Made by a program: the position numbers and the translations under genes. Below are positions 12,632-24,107 of a stretch of 64,000 nt of DNA, piece after piece. The DNA is from Octopus bimaculoides (taxonomy: Eukaryota): positions 27,067,197 through 27,131,196 of the forward strand of contig NC_068985.1 of the NCBI RefSeq assembly GCF_001194135.2, given 5' to 3'. How positions within the stretch are numbered: the first letter of the stretch is position 1; every line of letters begins with the position of its first letter. Below the pieces are notes generated by a model, which saw only the letters and a list, made by a program, of their open reading frames with translations, searched no databases and was not told where the DNA came from.

Positions 12632-15600
12632 GTTCGTTTAAATTACTGGAGTAATTTGTCTTTCATACGAGAAAACTCACCAGTATGGTGTGTTTAGCTA
12701 ATATCATTTTCAAATTGGTTGTTTCGTCAGCTGTTTTTTAATTATTACATTCTACGTATTTTTTGTATATTATTTACATAGCTTCTTTTATTTATGTCAT
12801 AGAAAAAATTCATTAATTTCATTGTGGGTAGAATTTATTAATTTTGTTATATTTTGATTATATAATTCAACCTGTTTGTTCTTATCAATTAAAAAGTAAT
12901 AATAATTAGGATTTAAGAAAGAAATCACACTCACAAGCGCACGCATACACGTAACGAAACCGCATTTCTACTTGATTTATAAAAAGACATTTATACACTT
13001 TAAACAACCTCCGTTGATATGAATGATACACCTACATGGAGACTGCCTATCGGAACTATGGATAATGTTATCAAAATTAAGGAATCCTAAAAACACGCTC
13101 AATATTGTCATATTCTCTACTTAATGTTATCAACCATTTATTATTTTCTAAATAGCCCCGTCCCGAAGTGTTTAATAATCGGCTTACACGCACGCACACA
13201 CACATGTATACGGGCGCAGGTATGGCTGTGTGGATATGAAGTTCACTTCCCAACCATATGGTTTTGGGTTCAGTTCCACTGCATAGCACCTTGGGCAAGT
13301 GTCTTCTAATATAGCCCTGATCTATATTGGAAGTCTTGGGTGTTAAATTGATAGACAGAAAATGAAGGAAGACGAGCTGGCAGAAACGTTAGCACACCGG
13401 GCGAAATGCTTATCGGTATTCCGCCGAGGTCGACTTTGCCTTTCATCTTAACAACTGTGTATACATCCCTGTAACTTAGCGATTCAACCTAAGGAACCAA
13501 TAGAATAAGTTCCAGGCTTTAAAAAAAAGTATTGGGAGTGATAGGTTCGACTAAAAATTCTTCAAAGTGATTCCCTAACATGGCAACAGTCTAAATAACT
13601 AAAACAAATAAGGTAAATGATATATATATATGACAGGCTTCTTTCAGTTTCCATCTACAAAATCCACTCTAAGAGCTTTGGTTGGCCCAGGGTAGAAGAC
13701 ACCTGCCCAATGTACCATACAATCAGCTTGAACTCGGAGTCATACTGTTTGGAAACAAACTTCTTACCACACAGCCATGCATACACACCCACACACGTTT
13801 AGGTGTGTGTATATATANNNNNNNNNNNNNNNNNNNNNNNNNNNNNNNNNNNNNNNNNNNNNNNNNNNNNNNNNNNNNNNNNNNNNNNNNNNNNNNNNNN
13901 NNNNNNNNNNNNNNNNNNNNNNNNNNNNNNNNNNNNNNNNNNNNNNNNNNNNNNNNNNNNNNNNNNNNNNNNNNNNNNNNNNNNNNNNNNNNNNNNNNNN
14001 NNNNNNNNNNNNNNNNNNNNNNNNNNNNNNNNNNNNNNNNNNNNNNNNNNNNNNNNNNNNNNNNNNNNNNNNNNNNNNNNNNNNNNNNNNNNNNNNNNNN
14101 NNNNNNNNNNNNNNNNNNNNNNNNNNNNNNNNNNNNNNNNNNNNNNNNNNNNNNNNNNNNNNNNNNNNNNNNNNNNNNNNNNNNNNNNNNNNNNNNNNNN
14201 NNNNNNNNNNNNNNNNNNNNNNNNNNNNNNNNNNNNNNNNNNNNNNNNNNNNNNNNNNNNNNNNNNNNNNNNNNNNNNNNNNNNNNNNNNNNNNNNNNNN
14301 NNNNNNNNNNNNNNNNNNNNNNNNNNNNNNNNNNATATATATATATATATATAAAAGTAGTCATGACTGAAATACCATTTATCATAAGTAGACTCAATTG
14401 CTAGATAGAAGTAGAGTCAGCTTATTATTAAAGAATTTCACTGCTGCTAATTTTAATTTCTCCATACTGAATTGAAACAAAATCCCTTAATAGACAAGGT
14501 ACAAAAAAAAAAAAAAAATTGTTGAGCACTTCCCTTTTCCTTACTTTTATTTGCTTACCATTTTGCATTCATTGTGCTGAAACAACTGCCATTTAAGAAT
14601 GATAATCTTTTGATACTCATCCAAATATACATAGGATTAAATTGCATTTTGAAATTATTTTTCACATCATTTAACTCTCTTCTTTTTTCTTTTTCATTTT
14701 TCAGTATGTCCAAAATAATAAAGAGTCAGACAATGATTGGTTCCGGCTTGAATCAAATAAAGAAGGCACAAGATGGTTTGGGAAATGTTGGTATATACAC
14801 AATCTGCTAAAATATGAATTTGATGTTGAATTTGATGTAAGTAACTAGAGTTTAATTTACTTCATTTTTTTTTTTATCTCAAAATTAGAGAATATATTCA
14901 TTGAAATGAAGACTTTCCTATTTTTCACAAAATCTACAATAGATAAACTGAATTGTTCAAGAAATCTTTACTCTTTTTGATAATGATAGCATGTAAAAAG
15001 CACCATTCGAGTGTGACCAATGCCAGTGCCACATAAAAAAGCACCATTCAAGTGTGGTCAATGCCAGTGCTGCCCGACTGGCTCTCATGCCAGTGGCATG
15101 TAAAAAGCACCCACTACACTCTCGAAGTGGTTGGCATTAAGAAGAGCATCCACCTGTAGAAACCTTGCCAAATCAGATTGGAGCCTGGTGCAGCCTCCTG
15201 GCTTGCCAGTCCTTAGTCAAACCGTCCAACCCATGCCAGCATGGAAAGCGGACGTTAAATGACGATGACTGATGAAGGTGGTGAGCTGGCAGAATCATTA
15301 GCATGCCAGGCAAAATACTTAGCAGCATTTTGTCTATCTTCATGTTCTCAGTTCAAATTCCACCGAGGTGTCGAATTTGCCTTTCATCCTTTCGGGTAAG
15401 CACCAGTTGTGCACTGAGGTCAATGTAATCAGCTTACTCACTCCCCAAAATTGCTGACTTTGTACCAAAACTTGAAAACAATATTGATTAGATTTGGTCT
15501 TGTTCATTTGTGATCTAGATGAATTATTGATGCTGTTGTGTGCTTTTACAAGAGACAAATTTTAGATTCCTAGCATTTAACAGCAAATGGATGCATTTGG

Positions 15601-18600
15601 CAAATGGCTAACAGGGTGTCCTTTCAAACTGATGTATATATTTACCTTTTGTCAAAATGTATATTTTTACATATATATTTTGTATATATACATACACAAT
15701 ATGTATATTTTATATATATTTAATTTTTGTCAAAAACTCCAGACCAATTTTGAGGAATTCTTCGAATGTAAGCACCAACCCGATAGCAAAAGTCACTCTT
15801 TCGGTTTCCCTTTTAATCCAACTACATAAGGAAATCAGTGACATTTTCAGACTAAAGCAGAATGATTTCAATGCCTTTTCAGTGTGTCTCTGTTGGATCC
15901 TTACTTAACCAAATTACCTGTTTCTCTTGAAATGTGTTATAATTCTTGGATATGTGTATACTATATCAAAAATGATTAGCCTCTGATCATTCACTTTATT
16001 AACTTTAATTCTAAACATATTCAGGATGACTGGGAGGATTATTTATAACCATATCTTCACTCCCAGAATCTCTTTCTCTCCTAAGAAATTAGTATTAATT
16101 TTTATAAACCCTTAGCTTGGCGGTATTCTCCTGTTTGTTTCATATCTACAATCTTTTATGTTGAAGAAATGCAGGAAAATTAATGTTCTTGACATCGGCA
16201 AAGATTTCAGTTGAATCTAGTATGGAAATCCCTGGATCAATAATTTTCTAGCTAGGCAGCTATTACAGCATGTACAAATTTTTCTCTGATTTCCATACCA
16301 TCCACTTGGTAGTGTATCATTTTTTTTGACACTCCTTTTCATCCAGGATATCCTTGTTCTCACCTTCTGTCATATATACATGCTCTTCTGATATTCCAGT
16401 CTTGCTTTCTTATTACAAGTATCATCAATTTAACCTCAACTTCTACTGTGTGTATCCTGGGTTTAGAATAACTATGAGTGTTGTAAGAAGCAACTAAAAG
16501 TGTTGGCAAAAGGAAAGACATCTAACTGTAATAACATTGCCTCAAATATTTTACATTCTTCTGCCAAGAGTTTTGTTTGCCACTTTACTCTTATAGTTAT
16601 AATTTTGAGCAATTAAAGTTAAAAAGAAATAAATATACATGAACAATAAAAACTTGTTCCAAAACTTAGCTATTGCTTTCAATGATTTACTTTGTGTTTC
16701 ATTATTTGTATTGCAAAAGAAATGAAGAAAAATGTTATACCATTAAAGAGTTCCAAACCTGCAGAGGACAAATTAACTTTATCCCTGAGGGTAGACCCCA
16801 ATATTGCTTCAGTTAAAAGAATATAACCAAAAAAAAGAATGTTTTTGTTACCTAAAATGGTTTCATTTTTAGTTTAATTATAGGATGGTATGGCAAATAA
16901 AATTTTCATGGCCTTTGTGCCGGTGGCACATAAAAGCACCCACGACACTCTTGGAGTGGTTGGCATTAGGAAGGGCATCCAGCTGTAGAAACTCAGCCAA
17001 ATCAGATTGGAACCTGGTGTAGCTACCTGGTCCACCAGTCCTCAGTCAGATCGTCCAACCCATGCTAGCATGGAAAGCGGATGTTAAACGACGATGAATT
17101 GATTTTATTTTTCATGAAACTGAGGCCACTTGAAGCTAAAAAGCTATCAAAGTGCTTAAACTGTCTTATGTTTTTATGATTTGTGGTCAAGATAAAAAAA
17201 AAATCATCAGAATAGTTTTCAGTCTGTAAACTTTTAATAGACTAAAAACTGGAGAATTTAAAAAGAGTTTCACTTCAACTGAAATAGTTTACTGTTAAGC
17301 TATTTATTAAACCTTTATTTTTGCAGATCCCAGTAACTTTCCCAACAACTGCACCTGAAATAGCCCTACCTGAGCTGGATGGAAAAACTGCAAAAATGTA
17401 CAGGTGAGTTCTGCATTGATGTTTCTGTTGAAACTTTCACCTTCACTGAGACACCATGCATAGAAGAGTTATTAATAAATGGAAATATTGTAGAAAATTT
17501 CTAGCTATTAAGCTTTTAGTTTGTTAGAGCTCTTGGAGCAAAATTTTGTAGTTATATATTCCACCATTCTACACATAAGAAGTAGTGATACCTTAGGGCA
17601 GTCGTTGCTTTCACAGAATTAGGGTTATCAGTTCTTTACAGAAAGATTTTTAAAGGATAATTAAACCTAAAAAAAAAAAAGAGATTAGAAAAGCTGAGTA
17701 GCACTTTGAAAGTGCATTCACAGCAGCATCTCAAGTTCACTTATTATGAAGTATAGTCATGGCTATGTGGTTAAGAAGCTTTTTTTCCCTATCCTGTGGT
17801 CTTGGATTCAGTCCCACTACATGGCACCTTGGGCAGGTGTTTTTTACTATAGCTTCAGACTGACCAAAATCTTGTGAGTGGATTTGGTAAATGGAAACTG
17901 CAAAAGGCCCTTTATTTATATATATATATAAAGTCAGTAAATGGTGGGGTTGTGTTAACTGCATATGGAGAAATGATAGGAAAGGGAAAAAAAATTATTA
18001 TTATTTTTTCCTTTCCTATATATATATATATATATATACACATACATACACACACATTCAACCACAGTAGCGGTTAAATATATTCTTAAGTCCACCATTT
18101 TGTCAATTGCAGCAGCTTCCAAGCTTCACCACTCATTCAGTTCTCAACTAAATTGCAAACTGTTAATAGTTTTAAAGAGGACATGAAATGGATCTGGATC
18201 TGACACTTTCTTTTCTTTCTAGACATGATGCCAAGCAGGAAATAATGTCAGCTCCCAACAAGCTAGAAAAGCAACCAAATCTTCTTTAAATTACACTCTA
18301 ACATTCTGAAAAAGACACTATCATGCAGGCGTGACTGCAGGGTTAAAAAGTTAGCTTCCCAACCACATGGTTTTAGGTTCAGTCTCATTGTGTGGCATTT
18401 TGGGGAAGTGTCTTTTACAGTAGACCTGGGTTAACCAAAGCTTTGAGTAGATTTCATAGATAGAAACTGAAAGAAGCCCATTATGTATGTGTGTATGCTT
18501 GTATAAACAAAGTCACATAAATATATATATACTTACCTACATACATATGTATATATATATGATAGGATTCTTTCAGTTTCGTCTGCCAATTTCACTCACA

Positions 18601-20495
18601 AGGTTTTGGTCGGCCTGAGGCTTTAGTAAAAGACACTTGCCCAAGGTTCTATGCAGTGAGACTGAACCCAGAACTATGTAGTTGAGAAGCAAACTTCTTA
18701 CCACACAGCTATGCCTGTTAGTTTGAGTGCTGCTTAATGGTGAAATAGCACAAGTAGCTACTGCTAAATATTCTCAGCTGTTTGAGAGTTGTCTTGTATA
18801 CAAATGCAATTTACAGTGGTTCACAGGATATGAACTACTAACCTTTCGACAGTGTTCAATGCTTTATTGACTTGGTCAACTATGTTATTTTTTTGTAGGC
18901 CTTTGTTATCTTCTTAAATCTAATTCCAGTGGTGTTTAACCCCAGGTCAGCTCTGAACAAGAAGACCAGTCATGATCATCCAGTCTTTTTTCTAGATTAT
19001 ATGATCTTGTGTCCTTCCTTTTCTAGTAGAAATGACTGCTATTTCTAGTAAATTGTTCAACCTTCTAATTCCCTTATTAAATTTGGATAGTGACACTTCA
19101 AGTACAAGCAAAACTGAACATTTATCTCTTATATCATATTTGTTTTACATTGAATACAGAAACCAACTAAACGTTACTTGACTTTTTTTTTTTTGTTCTC
19201 TTTATAGAGGTGGGAAAATTTGCTTGACTGATCATTTTAAGCCCCTCTGGGCAAGGAATGTGCCAAAATTCGGAATTTCCCATGCAATGGCACTTGGGGT
19301 AAGTATTTTAATGTAGAAATTGTTGAATGCAAAACAAGATACCCAACAGTGTTTAACTCAAATCTTTCTCCGTCTCTAAAATATACACTAGTCGTGAACA
19401 GAGGCTCAAAGAGCTAGATTACTCTTTTACTTGCTTCAGTCATTTGACTGCGGCAATGCTGGAGCACTGCCTTTAGTCGAGCAAACCAACCCCACGACTT
19501 ATTCTTTGTAAGCCTAGTACTTATTCTATCGGTCTCTTTTGCCAAACCGCTAAGTTATGGGGACGTAAACAAACCAGCATCGGTTGTCAAGTGATGTTGG
19601 GGGAACAAACACATATACACATACATATATACGACAGGCCTCTTTCAGTTTCCATCTACCAAATCCACTCACAAGGCTTTGGTCAGCCCGAGGCTATAGT
19701 AAAAGACACTTGCCTAAGGTGCCACGCAGTGGGACTGCACCTGGAAACGTGGTTGGTAAGCAAGCTACTTACTACACAGCCACATCCTGCATTATCTTGT
19801 AGCTTTGAAATTTTGATGATGTGATTGATTATTTTAGAAATGAAATTCCAGGGTGGATGCGAGAAGCTGAATTTAGCTGGTTTGAACATATGGGCCAGAT
19901 ATATCCAGCTTAACCCTTTTGCATTCAGATTCTATCAAACATATGTCGTGGTTAAGTGCACAGGCTACTAACCCCAAGATTTCAAGTTCGATTCAAGGCA
20001 GTGACCTTAATAATAACATCGAAAAATACCTTAGGAATGAGAACCAGGTTTGAAATTTCAACAAAACACCTGATGAAGGCTGGAGGGTATATCAGCCGAA
20101 ACGTTGCGTTAACAACAAACAAGATGAAGACAAATATCTGTCAAATGTAAATAATGTATAATGTTTATTTATTCATTGTTTTGAAGTGATTATGCATATC
20201 TTGTGGCTTAAAGAGTTTGATATGTAGCTGTTTATTTTTAGAATGATATTGTAGGGTTGTTATAAGGTTAGATCTGGTTAGTTTGAACATGAAACAGAAT
20301 ATGGTCAGTTTAAATGCTAATGGATTAAATCACTTATTAGGAACTAAACAATACTTTTAAACACGTTATATTCATACAATAGTAATCAGTTTTTTTGTTT
20401 TTTTTTTTCCTTAGCTGGGACCATGGCTTGCTGTAGAAATCCCAGATTTAATACAGAAAGAAATTATTGTATATAAACCTACAACCAATTCATGA
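12509..20495 (+). CDS. UFC1: Ufm1-conjugating enzyme 1 (E2-like), 5 coding exons, 167 aa: join(12509..12631,14705..14836,17327..17403,19208..19298,20415..20495)
   Basis: Spliced translation [167 protein letters not shown] matches the UFC1 family as recalled, with the TAK motif and catalytic Cys at position 116. All introns GT-AG, phases 0,0,2,0. Confidence 0.97.
13213..13775. mobile_element. SINE cluster in UFC1 intron 1: A(+), partial B(+), C in bipartite orientation, A(-)
   Basis: Family motifs recognisable in sequence; B appears nested between modules A and C. Confidence 0.65.
14705..14836 (+). CDS. UFC1: UFC1 coding exon 2 (44 aa)
   Basis: Acceptor ttttcag|TAT, donor GAT|gtaagt; [10 protein letters not shown] and RWFGKCW motifs. 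Confidence 0.96.
14985..15272 (+). mobile_element. RTE LINE 3' UTR copy
   Basis: aaagcacccactacactc...aacccatgccagcatggaaagcggacgttaaatgacgatga; the same tail is attached to RT-coding sequence at 38790-38970 and 40569-41460. Confidence 0.8.
16915..17100 (+). mobile_element. RTE LINE 3' UTR copy
   Basis: GTGCCGGTGGCAC hairpin, gaagggcatccagctgtagaaac, CCATGCTAGCATGG, (GAT) tail. Confidence 0.8.
17327..17403 (+). CDS. UFC1: UFC1 coding exon 3
   Basis: tttgcag|ATC CCA ... TAC AG|gtgagt; [12 protein letters not shown]. Confidence 0.96.
19208..19298 (+). CDS. UFC1: UFC1 coding exon 4 (catalytic Cys)
   Basis: tttatag|A GGT GGG ... GGG|gtaagt; [22 protein letters not shown]. Confidence 0.96.
19420..19790 (-). 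mobile_element. Complete bipartite SINE (tRNA head at 19790, central TA/CA tract, module C)
   Basis: Modules A and C joined in the same way as at 1-240, 31850-32280 and 36572-36915. Confidence 0.8.
19945..20165 (+). mobile_element. tRNA-headed element with Penelope-type minimal hammerhead ribozyme motif
   Basis: A box gtggttaag, anticodon-arm-like ggctactaacccc, B box gttcgattc, (AAT)n linker, then AACAC-CTGATGA-A-GGCTG(10)CAGCC-GAAA-CGT-T-GCGTT at 20065-20110. Confidence 0.7.
20415..20495 (+). CDS. UFC1: UFC1 coding exon 5 (to stop)
   Basis: poly-T ccttag|CTG GGA CCA TGG; [12 protein letters not shown]; TGA 20493-20495; candidate polyA signal ATTAAA at 20532-20537. Confidence 0.95.
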   Translation: MGPWLAVEIPDLIQKEIIVYKPTTNS

Positions 20496-22766
20496 TTGTT
20501 TATATTTGTGCGCTGTCATCCTCAGTGAAAAATTAAAATAATTATTCATTCAGATGAGGTTTGTGTTTTTAATTTATAACCCAGTAATTCAAGAGAAATG
20601 TGGTGTGTGAAAAATAATGGTAAAATTATAAAGATATTGCAGAATTGAGATCTGTATACAATGACAAGACACTGAGTAATATTTCTCCTGATTAACACCG
20701 AAAAGTAGCAATTAACCAATATGCTTTGAAAGAACTTGGTCATTCTTCGTTTATTCTCTCAAAAAGTGCTGATGAACTAATATAGATTTATCTTCTGAAA
20801 CATCTACTTTTCTAATTTCAAATCTTTCCAGGGACTACTCAGCCTTTCAATTCTCCAAAATGAGATATAAATGTATCAGTTATGTACTGGAGTAGCTTCA
20901 ATCAAGTAATCACTCCATTATATGTACAGCTTTGTCCCGGTAGGTGACATCATGATCATACAATTTAAAAATCATTTTACATCACAAGATTCCATTTTTA
21001 CTTCTATGTGTCTTGAGATTGTATACTTTGTCAAAAAGGAAAAAAAAAATTAGAATAGTGTATTGTGTGGTGAATACTGAATACCTTAGCAAACAAACTT
21101 CATTAGTCATTTTCAATTGTTCACAGAAGCCAATACTCTTCATGAGAAAATTGGGTGCAGTTGTTTGAATGCTGACAATTTGGCACATCTGACTGGACAT
21201 TCAGCCTGATTTGATACTAGAGGCAAACACACATACAGAAATATAAACATAGATTAAAAAGTATGAGAGAGAGACATTATAATTAACTAAACACTCTCGT
21301 TTCCTCTCACACACATACAGGAATATGTTCATGGACAGAATGAGAGAAACATTAAAACGTCTCACCAAAACGCTTCATCCTCATGAATGCTCTCAAGAAA
21401 AGCATGAACCTCATGTAGCAAGATAAGAAATTGATCTTAATCAATGTTATGTCATTGGTGTATGTTTAGAGCCAAGCATTTTTGTCCCATAAGAGAGATC
21501 CTTCAAAATAGAGGATACTGACTGGAGGACTGTTATTGTACAATCCATGCAGTTGTACTTCAGAGAACAAGTCATCAAAATTAACTAAAACACATACAAG
21601 TATAACACTGACTTTCCAGATGCTCCTGGCCCAGACCAAACTAGTTTACTGGTATCTTACACAGTACAGTATTACTTATACTAATGTATAAGTATCTGTA
21701 TTTCATTTAATTTAGAGTGTGTTAGCCAATGTGACAACTCTTGGTTTGGAAAAATTAGTAACTCAGAAAAGCTTTGGAACCAAAGGTTCTAGAAAATCAA
21801 TGTTGCATCTGTACTTAATTCGCTTTCAAAGTATCACAATACATTTAGGAAATAATGGAGGAATCTGACGTTTCAGAAGTGACTCATCACGTAAGGAATT
21901 TTTTTAACTGAGGAGTTTAGATAGTATTGAGAATATGTAAAGGAGAGAGGGATAAACATAAAAAAGTGATGGAGGTAATGTATTGAAAAGAAACAAAATA
22001 ATTTAAAAATTCATTTTAAGTAACTAGATGTGGAAAGATAAAATTTAGTGTGCACATAAGGGTAGGAGTACCAAAAACAATTGTATGGATGCATAAGTAA
22101 ATGTCAATTATGACAAAGTTTACTGTATGTATGTGTGTGTCTGTGGGGAAATTATATTTGTACAGGGTTATGAAGTAAAATTATATTTCCATTGATTCAG
22201 ACAGGTAGTTCAGTTGTTCAATCAACTTACTGAATTACTAAGTGACTAAACATTCCATAGACTCATGTACTTTGCATGGGATTCTCAGGCATGACTGACT
22301 ATACTGGACCTTTAAATTACAGCTACAGTCAATATGACAGGCTTCTACACAGTTTCCGTCTATTTGATTTAACTCAAAAGGCTTGAGATGATTTAAGGTT
22401 ATAGTCAAAAATATGTGTCCAGGATCTCATAATTGCAAAGCAAACTTCTTAACCATTCAACCAAGTAACAAAGTTTAGTTTGCAGAATTACAAAAATAAT
22501 AGATAAGAGAACACTATGCAATTGACAAGGTTTATTTGTGGATATAACGAAGATAATTGTGTCTCAACATGGAGGATGATCAACAGCGAATATTGTAAAG
22601 TTTAGCTGTTAATAATAGCTCATAGATGTTGGGGAAATATGATCTCTTTAGATGGAGGTTTTGTCATAGACCTTCACCTGCCACCAAATATTCTTTCATA
22701 ACTGACTTAGACATCAAACAGCCAGTGTTTGCATGTGCAACAGCTACACCCCACTGGAAACTGCTT

Positions 22767-22945
22767 TAACCCTTTTGCTACCATATTCCTGTTGACATAC
22801 ACTGCCTTTGTTTCAATTAATTTCCAAATTAAGAATTTAACAAAATATCCTTGTGTTTGGAACATGAAATTTTGATGGAAGGTATTAATTTAAATCATAG
22901 AACTAGTGGTAGTCACTGCAAGGTTGATGTCAAAAGAGTTAACAT
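22767..22945. mobile_element. Degenerate piggyBac-type MITE
   Basis: ttaa-cccttttgctacc ... gatgtcaaaagag-ttaa termini. Confidence 0.45.
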
Positions 22946-23663
22946 CAGGTCAAAATAGCCAAACTCTTAGAATTTAATACACAACAGTACCAGCCAAATC
23001 ACAAGAAATGATAGTACTGTACAGTGTGTGACAACAGGTGATTCAGCATCAAAGAGGTTATCACTATTCATTGCAGTTAGAGAAGTCACCCAATCATTTT
23101 GCAGCACATGACTTGCAATATCTATGACAAAGAGGCTTGTACTTCTGCGGTACAAAGTCTCAGTCGTCACTTTCATATTCTCCCAATTAAGATGTCACTT
23201 AGGTTACACACTTGACCTAGAAAAAATTCAAAGATCGACATGGACAGAGAAATCGTTAATGAATATTATGGACTATTGATTGAATGATAATGAAATAGTT
23301 TATACTTTTAAGAACAAAAACTGAATACTAATCATTTGGGAAATTCTTTCAAACAGCTTAACATTAGAAAGTAATTAAAATATATAAACACACATATCCA
23401 TATGCACACATGAAGGGAGTAGATTGCAAATTACAAAATAAAATCACAATACATATATGTGAATACACAAACTTCAACTCCTGGACTGATAAAAATATTT
23501 CAACTAAGTTGAGTATATATATATATGCATATATAAAAAAAAATAACAAATTTCTTGCTATCTTTGTTTCAGAGACAGATTATTAAAAAAAAAATGGGTT
23601 GCTTGGAATTACCCCATGGAGAGAAAAAAAAAAAAACTTTATGAAGTGGGGAAACTCTTTCAA

Positions 23664-24107
23664 TTAATATCTCTTATAAGGTTCATGTCTGTAACCTGAG
23701 TTATTTCTAAAACCAGATCCCCGAGACATGTAATCATATCTGTGATGCCTTTGTTCATAGCGGTTGCTGTCTGGCATCATATTAGGCAAGTTCTGTTTGT
23801 GTGTGTAACCAGCATTTTGGTTTAAGTACCTGCTATTATCGTAATTAGAATGCTGATGAAAATAACCACCTGTGGGTCGATTGCCATGATTTCCATAAGG
23901 ACTACTTCCTTGACTTGTCTCTCTTGGCTGGTATTCTTCTGGCTGATTGTTCATGCGTGCCTGACGAGCCCGAAGAACTAAAATTTTACCATATAATGAA
24001 ACCCCATCATAGATCTGAAGTGTGTAAGGAATGGATTCTGAGTGCTTAAACTGAATGAAAGCATATGATCTTTCCTTGGGTATAAACACTTTCTCCAATG
24101 GACCAGA
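23664..24107 (-). CDS. RBM7: RBM7-like coding exon 2 (147 aa + stop, RNP1 and tail)
   Basis: Acceptor ctctatttcag|TCT GGT CCA; open to stop at 23664. Confidence 0.9.
   Translation of the reverse strand, partial: SGPLEKVFIPKERSYAFIQFKHSESIPYTLQIYDGVSLYGKILVLRARQARMNNQPEEYQPRETSQGSSPYGNHGNRPTGGYFHQHSNYDNSRYLNQNAGYTHKQNLPNMMPDSNRYEQRHHRYDYMSRGSGFRNNSGYRHEPYKRY

Noticed and set aside
12470-12697. 75-aa ORF as a complete protein
   Set aside because: Only 12509-12631 is coding (UFC1 exon 1); the rest is 5' sequence and intron read-through.
19945-20005. tRNA gene (also the heads of SINE families A, B, D)
   Set aside because: A and B boxes are present, but there is no complete cloverleaf with acceptor stem; these are retroposon heads.
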